Of a DNA stretch of 64,000 bases, positions 1 through 9,983 are shown one piece after another (the stretch's first letter is position 1; the number at the start of each line of letters is the position of its first letter). Origin of the DNA: an uncultured Trueperaceae bacterium. Its GTDB lineage: Bacteria; Deinococcota; Deinococci; Deinococcales; Trueperaceae. The notes under the pieces were generated by a model. It did no database searches and was not told the DNA's origin. It saw only the letters and a list, made by a program, of their open reading frames with translations. The stretch spans positions 128,001-192,000 of the forward strand of contig CAWFFU010000011.1 of assembly GCA_963815215.1 (NCBI GenBank), given 5' to 3'. The translations under genes and the position numbers were made by a program.

Positions 1-258
1 CGGCTCGCCGATCGTGCCGGAGGCGACCTGCGGTTGCGACGCCTGCGGAGCGGGTGCTTCGGCCGTCGACGCCTGGGTCGTGGCGTTGGACTGCTGCGGC
101 GAGCCGAGGGTGATGACCAGGTAGCTATCGAGTTTGCGCGGCTTGGGAGCACTGAGGAACACCGCCAACAGCAGCAGTGCCACCAGGTGGACGGTGACCG
201 ACAGCAGAAGGGCGCGCCGCCTGTCCGGATCGCGCCACGCTTCGGCGAGGCGGGTCAC
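1..258 (-). CDS. TonB-like energy transducer, N-terminal part (runs off the window start)
   Basis: Manual translation from GTG 258: MTRLAEAWRDPDRRRALLLSVTVHLVALLLLAVFLSAPKP..., containing an SxxxH TM anchor followed by a Pro/Ala/Gln-rich linker; lies directly downstream of exbD. Confidence 0.7.
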   Translation of the reverse strand, partial: MTRLAEAWRDPDRRRALLLSVTVHLVALLLLAVFLSAPKPRKLDSYLVITLGSPQQSNATTQASTAEAPAPQASQPQVASGTIGEP

Positions 259-266
259 GCCCGTGA

Positions 267-674
267 TCAGCCCCCTGTCGCGATGGCGAGGCGCTTCGCG
301 CCGGCCTGCTTGATCAGGTCCATGACGCGCACGACGAGGCCGTGGGGCACGGTGGCGTCGGCGCGGAGCACGACGGTGGTGTAGCCGGTGGCCGCCATGC
401 GGGCGCGCACCACGTCGACCAGCTGCGCCTGCGAGACGTGGTTTCCGCCTACGTAGATCTGTTCGTCCTTGGTGATGGTGACGGCGGGTAGGGTCGACGG
501 CTCGCTGACCGCCGTCTGCGCCGACGGAAGGTCGACGGGCAGGCCCGACTCCATGGTGATGAAGGTGGTGGAGACCATGAAGAAGATCACCAGCAAGAAG
601 ACCACGTCGACCATGGGGGTGAGGTCGAGGGTGGGCGAGGCTCTGAGTCGGCTGCGACCGCGTTGATCACGCAT
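267..674 (-). CDS. exbD: Biopolymer transporter ExbD/TolR
   Basis: LTPMVDVVFLLVIFFMV TM motif; C-terminal LRADATVPHGLVVRVMD. Confidence 0.92.
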   Translation of the reverse strand: MRDQRGRSRLRASPTLDLTPMVDVVFLLVIFFMVSTTFITMESGLPVDLPSAQTAVSEPSTLPAVTITKDEQIYVGGNHVSQAQLVDVVRARMAATGYTTVVLRADATVPHGLVVRVMDLIKQAGAKRLAIATGG

Positions 675-683
675 GGTGCTTCC

Positions 684-1376
684 CTAGACCTGCGAGGAGG
701 CCGCCCGCGGCGGGCCGGAGGGTTCCCGCACGGTCCCCTGTGGCTCAGCCCGGGCCGTCTCCTCCTTGCGGGCGGCGACGGCCTGCACAACGTTCCCCAT
801 CAGCTCCTCGCGGCGCCGGTCGATCTCCATCAAGATGGTGTCGACTCGGCTCGCCAGGTAGTTCTGACCGATGACGGTGGGGATGGCGACGATCAGGCCG
901 GCCGCGGTGGTGACCAGCGCCTGCCCGATGCCGTCGGCCAGCACCGACGGGTTGCCGGTGCCCTGGTTGGCGATCTCCGAGAAGGCGAGGATCATGCCGG
1001 TGACGGTTCCGAGCAGCCCGAGCATGGGCGCGATCTGGGCGATGGCCGCCAGCGGCCGCAGACCCCGGGTCAGGTTCTGCTCCTCCTGCAGGGAGGCTTC
1101 CTGGAACGCAGCCTCGACGGCCGCGCGGCCGTACGGCAGCCGCAACAGCGCCGCTCGCAACACTCTGGCCACTGGGCCGCCGTGCTGCTCGCAGGCGGCC
1201 AGCGCCAGCTCGAGGTCGCGCTCGCGCACCGCAGCGTTGACGCGCCCCATCAGGACGTCGCTGTCGAGGCGCTCCTTGGAGAGCTTGAAGAACCGTTCGA
1301 AGAACAGGTAGACGGCGTACAGCGAGACGAGCAGGATCGCGACCAGAACGGGGCCGCCACTCATCAGAAGACTCAT
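684..1376 (-). CDS. exbB: MotA/TolQ/ExbB proton channel protein
   Basis: APMLGLLGTVTGMI and GIGQALVTTAAGLIVAIP motifs; GAGGAG SD upstream. Confidence 0.92.
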   Translation of the reverse strand: MSLLMSGGPVLVAILLVSLYAVYLFFERFFKLSKERLDSDVLMGRVNAAVRERDLELALAACEQHGGPVARVLRAALLRLPYGRAAVEAAFQEASLQEEQNLTRGLRPLAAIAQIAPMLGLLGTVTGMILAFSEIANQGTGNPSVLADGIGQALVTTAAGLIVAIPTVIGQNYLASRVDTILMEIDRRREELMGNVVQAVAARKEETARAEPQGTVREPSGPPRAASSQV

Positions 1377-1492
1377 GCTCGACTCCTCATCGTAGGACCG
1401 TCAGCATAGGTGGCAGCGCCATGAACGCCATGAGATGGTTATACCAGAGGCTTCACGCGACTTCATCAACCCTGACGCTGCCGATGGGGCCC

Positions 1493-4240
1493 TCAACCGG
1501 TGTTGCGCATCCCTGCCGCTACGCCGAGCAGCGACACCAGCACAGCGTACTCCAACCCCTCCCGGTCCGGGCTCTCGTCGGGCAAGGCCCTCAGGCGACC
1601 CAGCAACTCGACCTGCAGGAAGCTGATGGGATCGACGTAGGGGTTGCGGAGCTCGATGGAGCGCGCCAGCGTGGGGTCGTGCTCGAGCAGCCCGTGGCCG
1701 GTGGCGCGCTCGACCTGCTCCACGGTCCGCGCGTGTTCCTCGTGGATGACGGTGCGGAAGCGCTGCCGCAACCTCTCGGGAACCAGCTCCAGGTAGCGCT
1801 CGAAGATGTCGAGATCGGCCTTGGCCAGGCTCATCTGGGCGAAGTCGACGAGGGTCCGGAAGAACGGCCAGCGGCGCACCATCTCCGCGGTGAGCTCCGG
1901 CGACAACACGGCCAACCCGGAGCCGAGCCCGAACCAACCCGGCAGGTTCGCCCGACACTGGGTCCAGGAGAACACCCAGGGGATGGCGCGGAGGTTGTCG
2001 AGTGAACGGTCGCCGGCCCGTCGCGCCGGACGCGAGCCGATGTCGAGGCGGCTGATCTCCTCGATCGGCGTGACGGTGTGGAAGAACTCGAGGAAGCCCT
2101 CGCTCTCGAGCAAGGCGCGGTACCGTTCCCGCGCCGCGCGCGAGGCGCGCTCCATCGCCTCGCGGTAGCGCTCCGGCAGCTCCGGGAGCGTTCCAGCGTC
2201 GCGGGCCGAGGACAGGATGAAGGCGTACGCGACCTGCTCCAGATGGCGGTGGGCGAGGTCGGGGTCGGCATAGCGCGCCGCCAGCGCCTCACCTTGCTCG
2301 GTGATGCGCATGCGGCCCCCAAGGCTCCCGGGCGGTTGCGCCAGGATGGCCTGGCCGGCGGGCCCGCCGCCGCGCCCGATGCTGGTGCCGCGGCCGTGGA
2401 AGATCCGCAGCGGCACGCCCGCCTCGCGACACACCGTCGCCACGCCGTCCTGTGCCTGGTAGAGCGCCCAGTTGGCCGCCAGGAAGCCGGCGTCCTTGTT
2501 CGAGTCGGAGTAGCCGATCATCACCTCCTGCACGCCCCGTTGCTCCACGTGACGGCGGTAGGCGGGGACCGCGAACAGGCGCCGGATGACGTCGGGCGCC
2601 GCCCGCAGGTCGGCCTCGGTCTCGAACAGCGGGGTGGCGTCGATGGCCGGGACGCCCGCCTGCTTGGCCAGGACCAGCGCTTCCAGGATGTCGGACACGC
2701 CCTCGGTCATGCTCACGACGTAGCTTCCGGTGGCCTGCTCGCCGAAACGCGCCTGCGTCCGCCGCACCTCCTCGAGGAAGGCCAGTGCGCGCTCGGCCTC
2801 CTCACCCAGCGCCGCGCCCGCCGGCGCCAGCGGCCGCGGCGAGGCCAGCTCCCGCTCGAGCAGCCCGACCCGTTCCCCCTCATCGAGAGCCGCGTAGTCG
2901 TCGGCGACGCCGGCGTAGCGCAGTAGCTGCGCGACCGCCCGCTCGTGAACCCGCGAGTGCTCGCGCAAGTCGAGCGGCGCCAGGTGGAAGCGGAAGGCGC
3001 TGGCGCGGTGCAGCGCGGGACGCACGAACGCCCGCGCGGCGCGGGCGCCCTGACTGGCCTCGAGCGTGCCTTCCACCAGCGCCAGATCGTCCACCAGAGC
3101 CTGTGCGCCGCCCGGGTAGCCGGAGACGTCGGCGCGACCGGGCCCGCCCTGGCGGCGCAGCGCCGCGCGCTCCCGTTCGAGGAACCGGTGCACGTATGCC
3201 AGCTTCTGCCGGTAAGGCTCCTCCGGGAAGCGGTCGGGCGGACCCTCCGTTCGCGCCAGGCCCGCCAGATCGTCGCGGAAGGGCTTGGTGAGCGTCACCC
3301 GCCGCTCCCACAACGACAATCGCTGCACCAGCGCGTCGACGTCGGCGAGGTACGCGTCGAGGGCGACCTCCGCCTGCAGCGTGACCGCCTCGCGGGTGAT
3401 GTCGGGCGTGACGTAGGGGTTGCCGTCGCGGTCGCCACCGATCCAGGAGCGGAAGCCCAATACCGTCGGCAGCGGCGGGTTGTCCGCCGGGCCGAAGACG
3501 GCATCGAGCGCGTCCTCCATGTCCCGCATCAGACGCGGGATGGCGTCGAGCAACGAGCGCCGGAAGTAGTACAGCGCGCTCTTGACCTCGTCGAGCACGG
3601 TCGGCTTGGCGGCGAAGAGCTCACGCGTCTGCCACAGCGTGGCGATCTCGGCGAAGACCTCGTCCTTCAACCGCAGGGCCTCCTGCGGTGACAGCTCGTG
3701 CTCGCCGGTTCGCCGCAGCGCGGCCGCGATGCGCTCCAGCTTGAGCCGAACGGTGTAGCGCTTGACCTCCGTCGGGTGCGCAGTCAGGGTGAGCCCGACA
3801 TCGAGCCTCTCCATGAACGCCCGCACCTGTGCGCGCGTCCAGCCCTGCTCGCGAAGGCTCGTCACTGCCGCCGCCACCGACTCGGACCGCGGCGACTCCG
3901 GCGTGGCCCGCGCCTCCCGCAGGCGGTTCACCCGCACCCGGTGGATCTCCTCGGCCAGGTTGATGAGTTGGAAGTAGACCGTGAAGGCCCGCAACAGGCG
4001 TTCGGCCGACGCCAGGTCGAGCGCGGCGATGCGCTCCTTCAGCGCGTCCGCGGCGCCCGTCTCGCCCGCGCGCCGCTGCTTGGTGCCGGCGCGCACCGTC
4101 TCCACCAGATCGAAGAGCCGCTCGCCTTCGAGCTCACGTAACACCGTTCCGAGGGCACTCCCCAGGAAACCAACGTCCGCCCTGAGCTGTTCGAAGGCGT
4201 CCTGCTGGCTCTCGCGGTCGTTGTCGCCGGCACTGTCCAC
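1493..4240 (-). CDS. ppc: Phosphoenolpyruvate carboxylase (bacterial type)
   Basis: LTAHPTE, SWIGGDRDGNP, QEVMIGYSDSNKDAG, FHGRGTSIGRGGGP, LRAIPWVFSWTQ and C-terminal MRNTG; start reassigned to GTG 4240 (TAGAAT 7 nt upstream). Confidence 0.97.
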   Translation of the reverse strand: MDSAGDNDRESQQDAFEQLRADVGFLGSALGTVLRELEGERLFDLVETVRAGTKQRRAGETGAADALKERIAALDLASAERLLRAFTVYFQLINLAEEIHRVRVNRLREARATPESPRSESVAAAVTSLREQGWTRAQVRAFMERLDVGLTLTAHPTEVKRYTVRLKLERIAAALRRTGEHELSPQEALRLKDEVFAEIATLWQTRELFAAKPTVLDEVKSALYYFRRSLLDAIPRLMRDMEDALDAVFGPADNPPLPTVLGFRSWIGGDRDGNPYVTPDITREAVTLQAEVALDAYLADVDALVQRLSLWERRVTLTKPFRDDLAGLARTEGPPDRFPEEPYRQKLAYVHRFLERERAALRRQGGPGRADVSGYPGGAQALVDDLALVEGTLEASQGARAARAFVRPALHRASAFRFHLAPLDLREHSRVHERAVAQLLRYAGVADDYAALDEGERVGLLERELASPRPLAPAGAALGEEAERALAFLEEVRRTQARFGEQATGSYVVSMTEGVSDILEALVLAKQAGVPAIDATPLFETEADLRAAPDVIRRLFAVPAYRRHVEQRGVQEVMIGYSDSNKDAGFLAANWALYQAQDGVATVCREAGVPLRIFHGRGTSIGRGGGPAGQAILAQPPGSLGGRMRITEQGEALAARYADPDLAHRHLEQVAYAFILSSARDAGTLPELPERYREAMERASRAARERYRALLESEGFLEFFHTVTPIEEISRLDIGSRPARRAGDRSLDNLRAIPWVFSWTQCRANLPGWFGLGSGLAVLSPELTAEMVRRWPFFRTLVDFAQMSLAKADLDIFERYLELVPERLRQRFRTVIHEEHARTVEQVERATGHGLLEHDPTLARSIELRNPYVDPISFLQVELLGRLRALPDESPDREGLEYAVLVSLLGVAAGMRNTG

Positions 4241-4332
4241 GCGGCCGATTCTATCGCGGCGCGGCGCGCAGTCCGGATCGCGGGCCCGTCGCGGCGCCGG
4301 CCGAGCCGTGGCCCGCGGCGCCCTGCGCGCCG

Positions 4333-5115
4333 CTAATCGTCTCGATCCGCGTGCGGCGCCGCCCACTGCAGGCGCCGGATCGAGCGCGCGCGCGGGCCGT
4401 CCAACTCCAGCACCACACCCGACAGGGTGCCGCGCCCCTGGGCGGGCCGGTAGCGCCGCGGCAACTTGTGCACGAAGCGGTCGTGCACCTCCTCGAAACC
4501 CATACCGATCGACGACGCCTGGACGCCGCTCATCCCCGCGTCGGTGATGTAGGCGGTGCCGCGCACGACGGTCTCGTCGGCGGTCTGCACGTGCGTGTGG
4601 GTGCCGATGACGGCGCTGGCGCGGCCCGCCAGGTGATAGAGCATGACCTTCTTCTCGCTGGTGGCCTCGGCGTGAAAGTCGACGACCAGCGCCTGCCCCT
4701 CCGGCAGTTCCTCCACCACCGCGTCGACGGCGCGGAATGGATCGTCCAGGGCGTCCATGAACACCCGGCCCATGGCCTGCGCCACGGTGATGCGCTCGCC
4801 GCCCCGCGCCTCGAAGGTGGCTGCGCCCACCCCGGGCGTCCCGGGAGGATAGTTGGCGGCCCGCACCAGCCGCGGCGTCTCCTCCGCCAGCTCGACGGTT
4901 TCCGCCTGGTCCCAGCCGTGATTGCCGAGCGTGACGACATCGACGCCGGCCTCCCGGAGCTGCTGGAAATGCCGGCGCGTGAGGCCGAAGCCGCCGGCGG
5001 CGTTCTCCCCGTTGGCGATGATGAAGTCGTACTCGTGGCGCGCCTGCTCCAGGTAGGCCTGCACCACCTTCATGCCGGGCGTGCTGAAGATGTCGCCGAT
5101 GAACAGGACGCGCAC
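4333..5115 (-). CDS. ymdB: YmdB/TIGR00282 family metallophosphoesterase
   Basis: FIGDI, NGENAAGG, TLGNH, VDFHAEATSEK, GTHTHVQTAD. Confidence 0.93.
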   Translation of the reverse strand: MRVLFIGDIFSTPGMKVVQAYLEQARHEYDFIIANGENAAGGFGLTRRHFQQLREAGVDVVTLGNHGWDQAETVELAEETPRLVRAANYPPGTPGVGAATFEARGGERITVAQAMGRVFMDALDDPFRAVDAVVEELPEGQALVVDFHAEATSEKKVMLYHLAGRASAVIGTHTHVQTADETVVRGTAYITDAGMSGVQASSIGMGFEEVHDRFVHKLPRRYRPAQGRGTLSGVVLELDGPRARSIRRLQWAAPHADRDD

Positions 5116-5194
5116 AGCGCATGCTACCAGGGGCGCGCCGGGCGCCGCTCACCGCCGGACTGCGGCGGCGGTCGTGCTACGCTTTCGATGCATC

Positions 5195-5656
5195 ATGGAC
5201 TTCGACCCCGTCGACCGGAGGATCCTGCACATCTTGCGCGAGGACGGGCGCGCCTCGCACGCCAGCATCGCCAAAGTGGTGGGCCTGTCCGCGCCCGCGA
5301 TCGGCGAGCGCATCCGCAAGCTCGAACAGGCCGGCGTGATCCGCGGCTACCGCGCGGTCCTCGACCCGCACGGGACGGGTCTTCCGATCTGCGCCTTCGT
5401 GGCCATCGCTCCGCAGCCGCGCAAGCCGGCGCAGGGTCTCGTCGAGCGCCTGCTCACCCTGCCCGAGATCGAAGAGCTCCACGCCGTCGCCGGCACCTAC
5501 TCGTACGTCGCCAAGGTGCGCGTCCCCTCGACGCAGGCGCTCGACGGCTTCCTGGACCGGCTGTTCATGCTCGAGGGTGTCGAACGCACCGAGACCACCA
5601 TGGTGTTGCGCACCAGCGCCGAGCGCCCCATGTACCTGCCGTTCGAGGCCTCTTGA
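5195..5656 (+). CDS. Lrp/AsnC family transcriptional regulator
   Basis: MDFDPVDRRILHILREDGRAS...ERIRKLEQAGVIRGY HTH plus a RAM domain. Confidence 0.92.
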   Translation: MDFDPVDRRILHILREDGRASHASIAKVVGLSAPAIGERIRKLEQAGVIRGYRAVLDPHGTGLPICAFVAIAPQPRKPAQGLVERLLTLPEIEELHAVAGTYSYVAKVRVPSTQALDGFLDRLFMLEGVERTETTMVLRTSAERPMYLPFEAS

Positions 5657-5688
5657 GCCGCGGGCACATCGACCGCGACATCCGCCCG

Positions 5689-6828
5689 GTGTCCGAACCG
5701 CACCTGGAGGAGTTGTTCCATAACGGCACGGTGGCGTTCGGTCCGGTGCCGGTGGGCACCGAGCCGAGGTTCCGGGAGCACCTGCGAAGGGCGCTGCCCC
5801 ACACGCTGGGCAGCTTCCAGGACGGGCGCCTGGCGAGCGCCGCCACCATGTTCCCCTTCGAGGCCTGGATCGGCGGGGTGCGGCAGCCGCTGGGCGGGCT
5901 CGCCTCGGTCGCCAGCGCCCCCTGGGCGCGCAGGGGTGGCCATGTCGCCGCGCTTCTCGTACGCTGGCTCGAACGCCTGCACGACGGCGGCGTCGCCTGG
6001 TGCGCCGAGCAGCCCTTCGACCCCCGCTTCTATGCGCGCTTCGGCTTCCAGTCGGTGCCGAACGGTCAGGCGGTCGAGATCGCGCCCGAGCTCTTCGGCG
6101 CGGACCGGCCGCCCGACGCCCAGAACGTCACCGACGGCGAGCTATCGGCCGTGAAGACCCTCCACGCAGCCTTCGCACGCCGTTACGGCTTCGCCCTCAC
6201 TCGCGACGACGACGCCCGCGACGCCTGGGGGCGGCTGCTGCGACCCTGGGCGGGTGCACCTCGGCACGTCTACCTGCTGCAGGACGCCTACCTCGTCTTC
6301 CACCTCGGCGACGACGGCGGCAGGCTCCACGTCACCGACTTCGCCTACACGACGCCAGAGGCTCGAGCGCGGGTGTGGTCGCTGGTCGGCGCCTTCCGGG
6401 GGCAGGCCCGGCAGGTGCGCATCCACCTCCCCCCCGGCGAACCGCTGCTCGTAGACACGCAGGCCCGTCACGCGGTGCGCTCGCCCCTGATCCAGGTTCG
6501 CCTGGTCGATCTCGCCGCCGCGCTGGCGCCGCTGCGCGCCCCGCGCGAGAGCCGCTGGGACATCGAGCTGCGCGACGAGGTCTGTCCCTGGAACGACGGC
6601 ACCTTCGAGCTGACCCTGTCCCAGGCCGGTTGCTCGGCCACGCCCAGCCGCGCGCCTGCCGGCACCCGGCTCGACGTGCGCGCGCTGGCGGCGCTGCTCG
6701 GCCAGGCGGCAACACCGGAGGCGCTGCTCGCCACCGGGCAGGCGGGTGGAGACCCCGAGCCGCTGCGCGCCCTGGCTGAGCTGACGCGCGGACAGCCGAC
6801 ATTCCTGGCCGAGGCCGACGGCTTCTAG
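5689..6828 (+). CDS. Eis-like GNAT acetyltransferase with SCP2-like C-terminus
   Basis: GGLASVASAPWARRGGHV acetyl-CoA motif, FYARFGF, DEVCPWNDGTF; start inferred at GTG 5689. Confidence 0.85.
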   Translation: MSEPHLEELFHNGTVAFGPVPVGTEPRFREHLRRALPHTLGSFQDGRLASAATMFPFEAWIGGVRQPLGGLASVASAPWARRGGHVAALLVRWLERLHDGGVAWCAEQPFDPRFYARFGFQSVPNGQAVEIAPELFGADRPPDAQNVTDGELSAVKTLHAAFARRYGFALTRDDDARDAWGRLLRPWAGAPRHVYLLQDAYLVFHLGDDGGRLHVTDFAYTTPEARARVWSLVGAFRGQARQVRIHLPPGEPLLVDTQARHAVRSPLIQVRLVDLAAALAPLRAPRESRWDIELRDEVCPWNDGTFELTLSQAGCSATPSRAPAGTRLDVRALAALLGQAATPEALLATGQAGGDPEPLRALAELTRGQPTFLAEADGF

Positions 6829-6867
6829 CGCGGTCTCCGCTCCGCCACGACCGTGGCGGAGCTGTCC

Positions 6868-8418
6868 TCACTCCTGCTGGAAGGCCTCGAGGAACCACTG
6901 CGGCAGGCGCTCTCGCTGCCGCCGCAGGTAGCTCGGGAAGTCGGCGTCGAGCAGGTAGGTGACCGCGAAATCGTCCTCGCTGCGCACCGAGCGGCCGTAC
7001 GCCTGCACCACGCTGAGGCAGGTGCGCCAGTCGTACCAGCCGGGATCGAGCTCCATGCGGCGCGCCACCTGCGGGTCGCCCAGGTACGGGTAGGGGATCT
7101 TGCACAACACCTGCCAGCGCGCCAGATCCTCGGCCAGATCGATCCCCTCGGTCATGCTGGGCGACAGCAGGATAGTGGGCTCGTCGGACTCGAGGTGGGC
7201 GTTGAGGGCGGCGTCCCGCTCGCTGCTGTCGTGGTGGGTGACCAGGCGCCAGGCGTGCTCGCGGGGCAGACCGCGCTCGATGGCCTGAGCGATGCGGTAC
7301 GAGTGCGCGTGGATGACGCCCTTCTCGTCGGCGTGCCGCTCGCACAGCTCGGCGATGGCCTGCACCAGCTTGGGGAGACCGGAGGCGAGGTGGTGGCGGG
7401 TGAGGCGGGTGGTGGGGAGCAGGACCAGCGGCCGGTTCTCCGGCGGGAAGCTCGAGGGCGTGCGGATGACTGCGGCCTCGTCGGGCTCGATGCCGAGCCC
7501 GCGCAGGAAGGTCACCGGATCCAGCACCGTCGCCGACAGCATGAGCACGCGCTCATGCCGGTGGAACAGCAGCGGCTCAGCGAAGGGCGCCACTTCGACG
7601 GGCTTGAACACCAGCGCCTCGCCGGCCTGCGAACGCCGGCGCTCCACCACCCACTCCACGCCGTCCTCGTCGCGGCTGTCGACCAGGAGCTCGAGCCGCG
7701 CGAGCTGCCCGTCGAGCCACTGCTTGGCCTGCAGCCGCGACAGGGCCGCACTCTCGGGCAGATCCTCGGTGCGTAGCTCGAGGTCGAGCTCACGCCCGCG
7801 CTCCAGCAGCTCTGGAACCAACTCCTCGGCGAAATCGAAGTAGGCATCGGTCCCCAGCGGCGGCGGCAGGCGCCGCTCGATCCCCGCCCGCGCCAGCCAG
7901 CCCTCCCCCAGGGTGACCTGCACGAACCCCATCAGGGCGCCCTCGGCGTTGTGCGCCTCGTCAAGGATCAGCAGCTCACGCTGCCGGAAGCCGCCGGCGT
8001 AGTTGAGCTCGGCCAGGTAGTAGGCATAGTTCAGGGTGGCCGAGGACGCAGCCATGGCGATGTCCTTGGCCGTGAAGTAGGGGCAGCCGTCGCAGGCGGG
8101 GAAGCGGCGGCCGGCGATGCACGGCGCGGCCGCGGCGTGGGTGGGCGCCACCAGGCAGGGGTAGTTGCTGCGCCCCTTCATCAGCGCCAGCTCGGGGAAG
8201 TCGCGAGTGTACTGCTCCTGCAGCACCTTCTGCGCGGTGAGGACGTAACTCGAGCCGGCCTCACGGGCCAGCGCCACCGCGATGGCGGACTTGCCGGACC
8301 CGGTGGGGGCCTCGATGATGACGAAGCGCTTGCCCTCGGCGAAGGCGTCGCGCGCCGCGTCGAGCGCTTCGCGCTGGCCGTTGCGGTAGCTGGAGAAGGG
8401 GAAACTGCCCGAAGGCAC
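6868..8418 (-). CDS. Compact DinG/XPD-family DEAH helicase with FeS cluster
   Basis: Q motif YRNGQ, EAPTGSGKS, four Cys, ILDEAH, MLSAT, EGID, QAYGRSVRSEDD. Confidence 0.88.
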   Translation of the reverse strand: MPSGSFPFSSYRNGQREALDAARDAFAEGKRFVIIEAPTGSGKSAIAVALAREAGSSYVLTAQKVLQEQYTRDFPELALMKGRSNYPCLVAPTHAAAAPCIAGRRFPACDGCPYFTAKDIAMAASSATLNYAYYLAELNYAGGFRQRELLILDEAHNAEGALMGFVQVTLGEGWLARAGIERRLPPPLGTDAYFDFAEELVPELLERGRELDLELRTEDLPESAALSRLQAKQWLDGQLARLELLVDSRDEDGVEWVVERRRSQAGEALVFKPVEVAPFAEPLLFHRHERVLMLSATVLDPVTFLRGLGIEPDEAAVIRTPSSFPPENRPLVLLPTTRLTRHHLASGLPKLVQAIAELCERHADEKGVIHAHSYRIAQAIERGLPREHAWRLVTHHDSSERDAALNAHLESDEPTILLSPSMTEGIDLAEDLARWQVLCKIPYPYLGDPQVARRMELDPGWYDWRTCLSVVQAYGRSVRSEDDFAVTYLLDADFPSYLRRQRERLPQWFLEAFQQE

Positions 8419-8543
8419 GGCTCAGGCTATCACGGCTCCGGCGGCGGGCCGGGCGTGGCCTCGGCAACGGTCCGATGGCATCGACGCTCCATCGACGCCA
8501 CGACGACGCGGCAGAGCCCGGCGTCGCGACCCCGGGCCTCCCC

Positions 8544-9710
8544 TCACGCCGGCGCGTCCCCGACCCCGCCGGACGCCGCCGACTCGAGCTCGCAGCGATT
8601 GCGTCCCAGCACCTTGGCTCGGTACATGGCATCGTCGGCACGGCGGACCAGTCGCTCCAGATCATCGCCCCGCCGGTAGACGGTCACCCCGAAGCTGGCC
8701 GTGACCGACCCCGCCTGCCAGCGATGCGCCTCGAGCCGCGCGCGGAGTCGCTCCGCCAGGCGCAACGCCTCGTCGGGGCCGGTGTTCGGCGCAACCAACA
8801 CGAACTCCTCCCCGCCCCACCGGCCCAACTCGTCCTCACCGCGGAGCGTCTCGCGTACCACGCGCGCCAGCTCGCTGAGAACAGCGTCCCCGATCCTATG
8901 CCCGTACGCGTCGTTGAGTTCCTTGAAGTGATCGATGTCGAGCAGGATCAGCCCGAAGGTCTCCCCCGTCCGTCGCGCCCGCGCCAGCTCCCGCCGGACG
9001 GCGAGCTCGGTGCCGCGCCGGTTCGCCTGGGCGGTGAGCAGGTCCGTGAGCGAGTCCTGCTCGGCCTCCTGAACCCGGACCTGGGCCTCGCCCAGAGCCG
9101 TGCGCCACACGGCCAGCGCCGACGCCACGATGATGGCCACCAGCCCGCCTCCCTGGAACTGGACGAAGGCGGCAAGGTCCGCAGCGGTGGTCGACGGCGA
9201 CAGGGCCGCGGGCAGGCCCGCCAGCCAGGCCAGCACCCAGGTGGCGCCGGTGAACCAGCGCGCGCCCCGAGCCGACAGCACGTAGAAGGCGTAGACGTAG
9301 ACCAGATAGAGCCACAGGCCGGCGGACAGGAGGGTGGAGGCGCTCAGCCCCTGCATCGTGATGGAGAGGAACGCGTGCGCCAGGAAGGCCGCCGTGAGCA
9401 CCACGAAGCCGGTCCGCTCCCAGGCGGGCGCGACGGCGCGCCGCACCAGCAACCGCACGATGAGCACCGCCCCGATCACGATGAACAGCACCCGCTCCGG
9501 CGCGTCGCCGCCGTAGCCCCATACCCCGTTCCAGCTCACGATCACGTCGGCCACGTACACAGCCCAGCCCACCAGCAGGACCTGCAGGTGGCTGCGCCGA
9601 TGGAGGCTCTCGATGCTCGCGCGGGCGTCGCCGCCCAGGTGCGTCCGTTCCACGGCTCCAGCGTGCGCCTGCGCCGGTAACGGAACGCTTACGGCGGCGC
9701 CGTGGGACAC
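8544..9710 (-). CDS. Membrane-bound diguanylate cyclase
   Basis: N-terminal TM helices; DIDHFKELND, RGED I-site, GGEEF active site; start uncertain. Confidence 0.9.
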   Translation of the reverse strand: MSHGAAVSVPLPAQAHAGAVERTHLGGDARASIESLHRRSHLQVLLVGWAVYVADVIVSWNGVWGYGGDAPERVLFIVIGAVLIVRLLVRRAVAPAWERTGFVVLTAAFLAHAFLSITMQGLSASTLLSAGLWLYLVYVYAFYVLSARGARWFTGATWVLAWLAGLPAALSPSTTAADLAAFVQFQGGGLVAIIVASALAVWRTALGEAQVRVQEAEQDSLTDLLTAQANRRGTELAVRRELARARRTGETFGLILLDIDHFKELNDAYGHRIGDAVLSELARVVRETLRGEDELGRWGGEEFVLVAPNTGPDEALRLAERLRARLEAHRWQAGSVTASFGVTVYRRGDDLERLVRRADDAMYRAKVLGRNRCELESAASGGVGDAPA

Positions 9711-9726
9711 ACCACGAGCACGAGGA

Positions 9727-9751
9727 ACGGGCCGGCGAGATGCCGGCCCGT
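9727..9751 (-). terminator. Hairpin downstream of tRNA-Leu
   Basis: ACGGGCCGGC-N5-GCCGGCCCGT perfect 10-bp stem; no clear U-tract. Confidence 0.55.
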
Positions 9752-9756
9752 ACGCG

Positions 9757-9844
9757 TGGTGCCGAGGAGGGGACTTGAACCCCTACGACCTATGCGGTCA
9801 CTAGCCCCTCAAGCTAGCGCGTCTACCAATTCCGCCACCTCGGC
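9757..9844 (-). tRNA. tRNA-Leu(GAG)
   Basis: Reverse complement GCCGAGGTGGCGGAATTGGTAGACGCGCTAGCTTGAGGGGCTAGTGACCGCATAGGTCGTAGGGGTTCAAGTCCCCTCCTCGGCACCA: cloverleaf, long variable arm, encoded CCA. Confidence 0.97.
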
Positions 9845-9879
9845 GAGCCCGCGGAGCAGCCGTGCAGCGCGCAAACTAG

Positions 9880-9909
9880 ATGTTACGTCGGACGCCGGGA
9901 AGGTGTCAA
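9880..9909 (-). promoter_or_regulatory. Sigma70-type promoter of tRNA-Leu
   Basis: TTGACA (9909-9904)-N18-TAACAT (9885-9880) on the minus strand. Confidence 0.6.
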
Positions 9910-9983
9910 GGACAGCCACTCCTGGACGGCGTGCGCCGCGATCGCGCAAGCCCCGCAACACCTCCCGCGGGTATCCTCGAAGC

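Noticed and set aside
4241..5688. Long N-terminal extensions of ppc (1219 aa) and the GNAT (825 aa)
   Set aside because: The extensions overlap ymdB and lrp, and better starts exist at 4240 and 5689; these are not fusions
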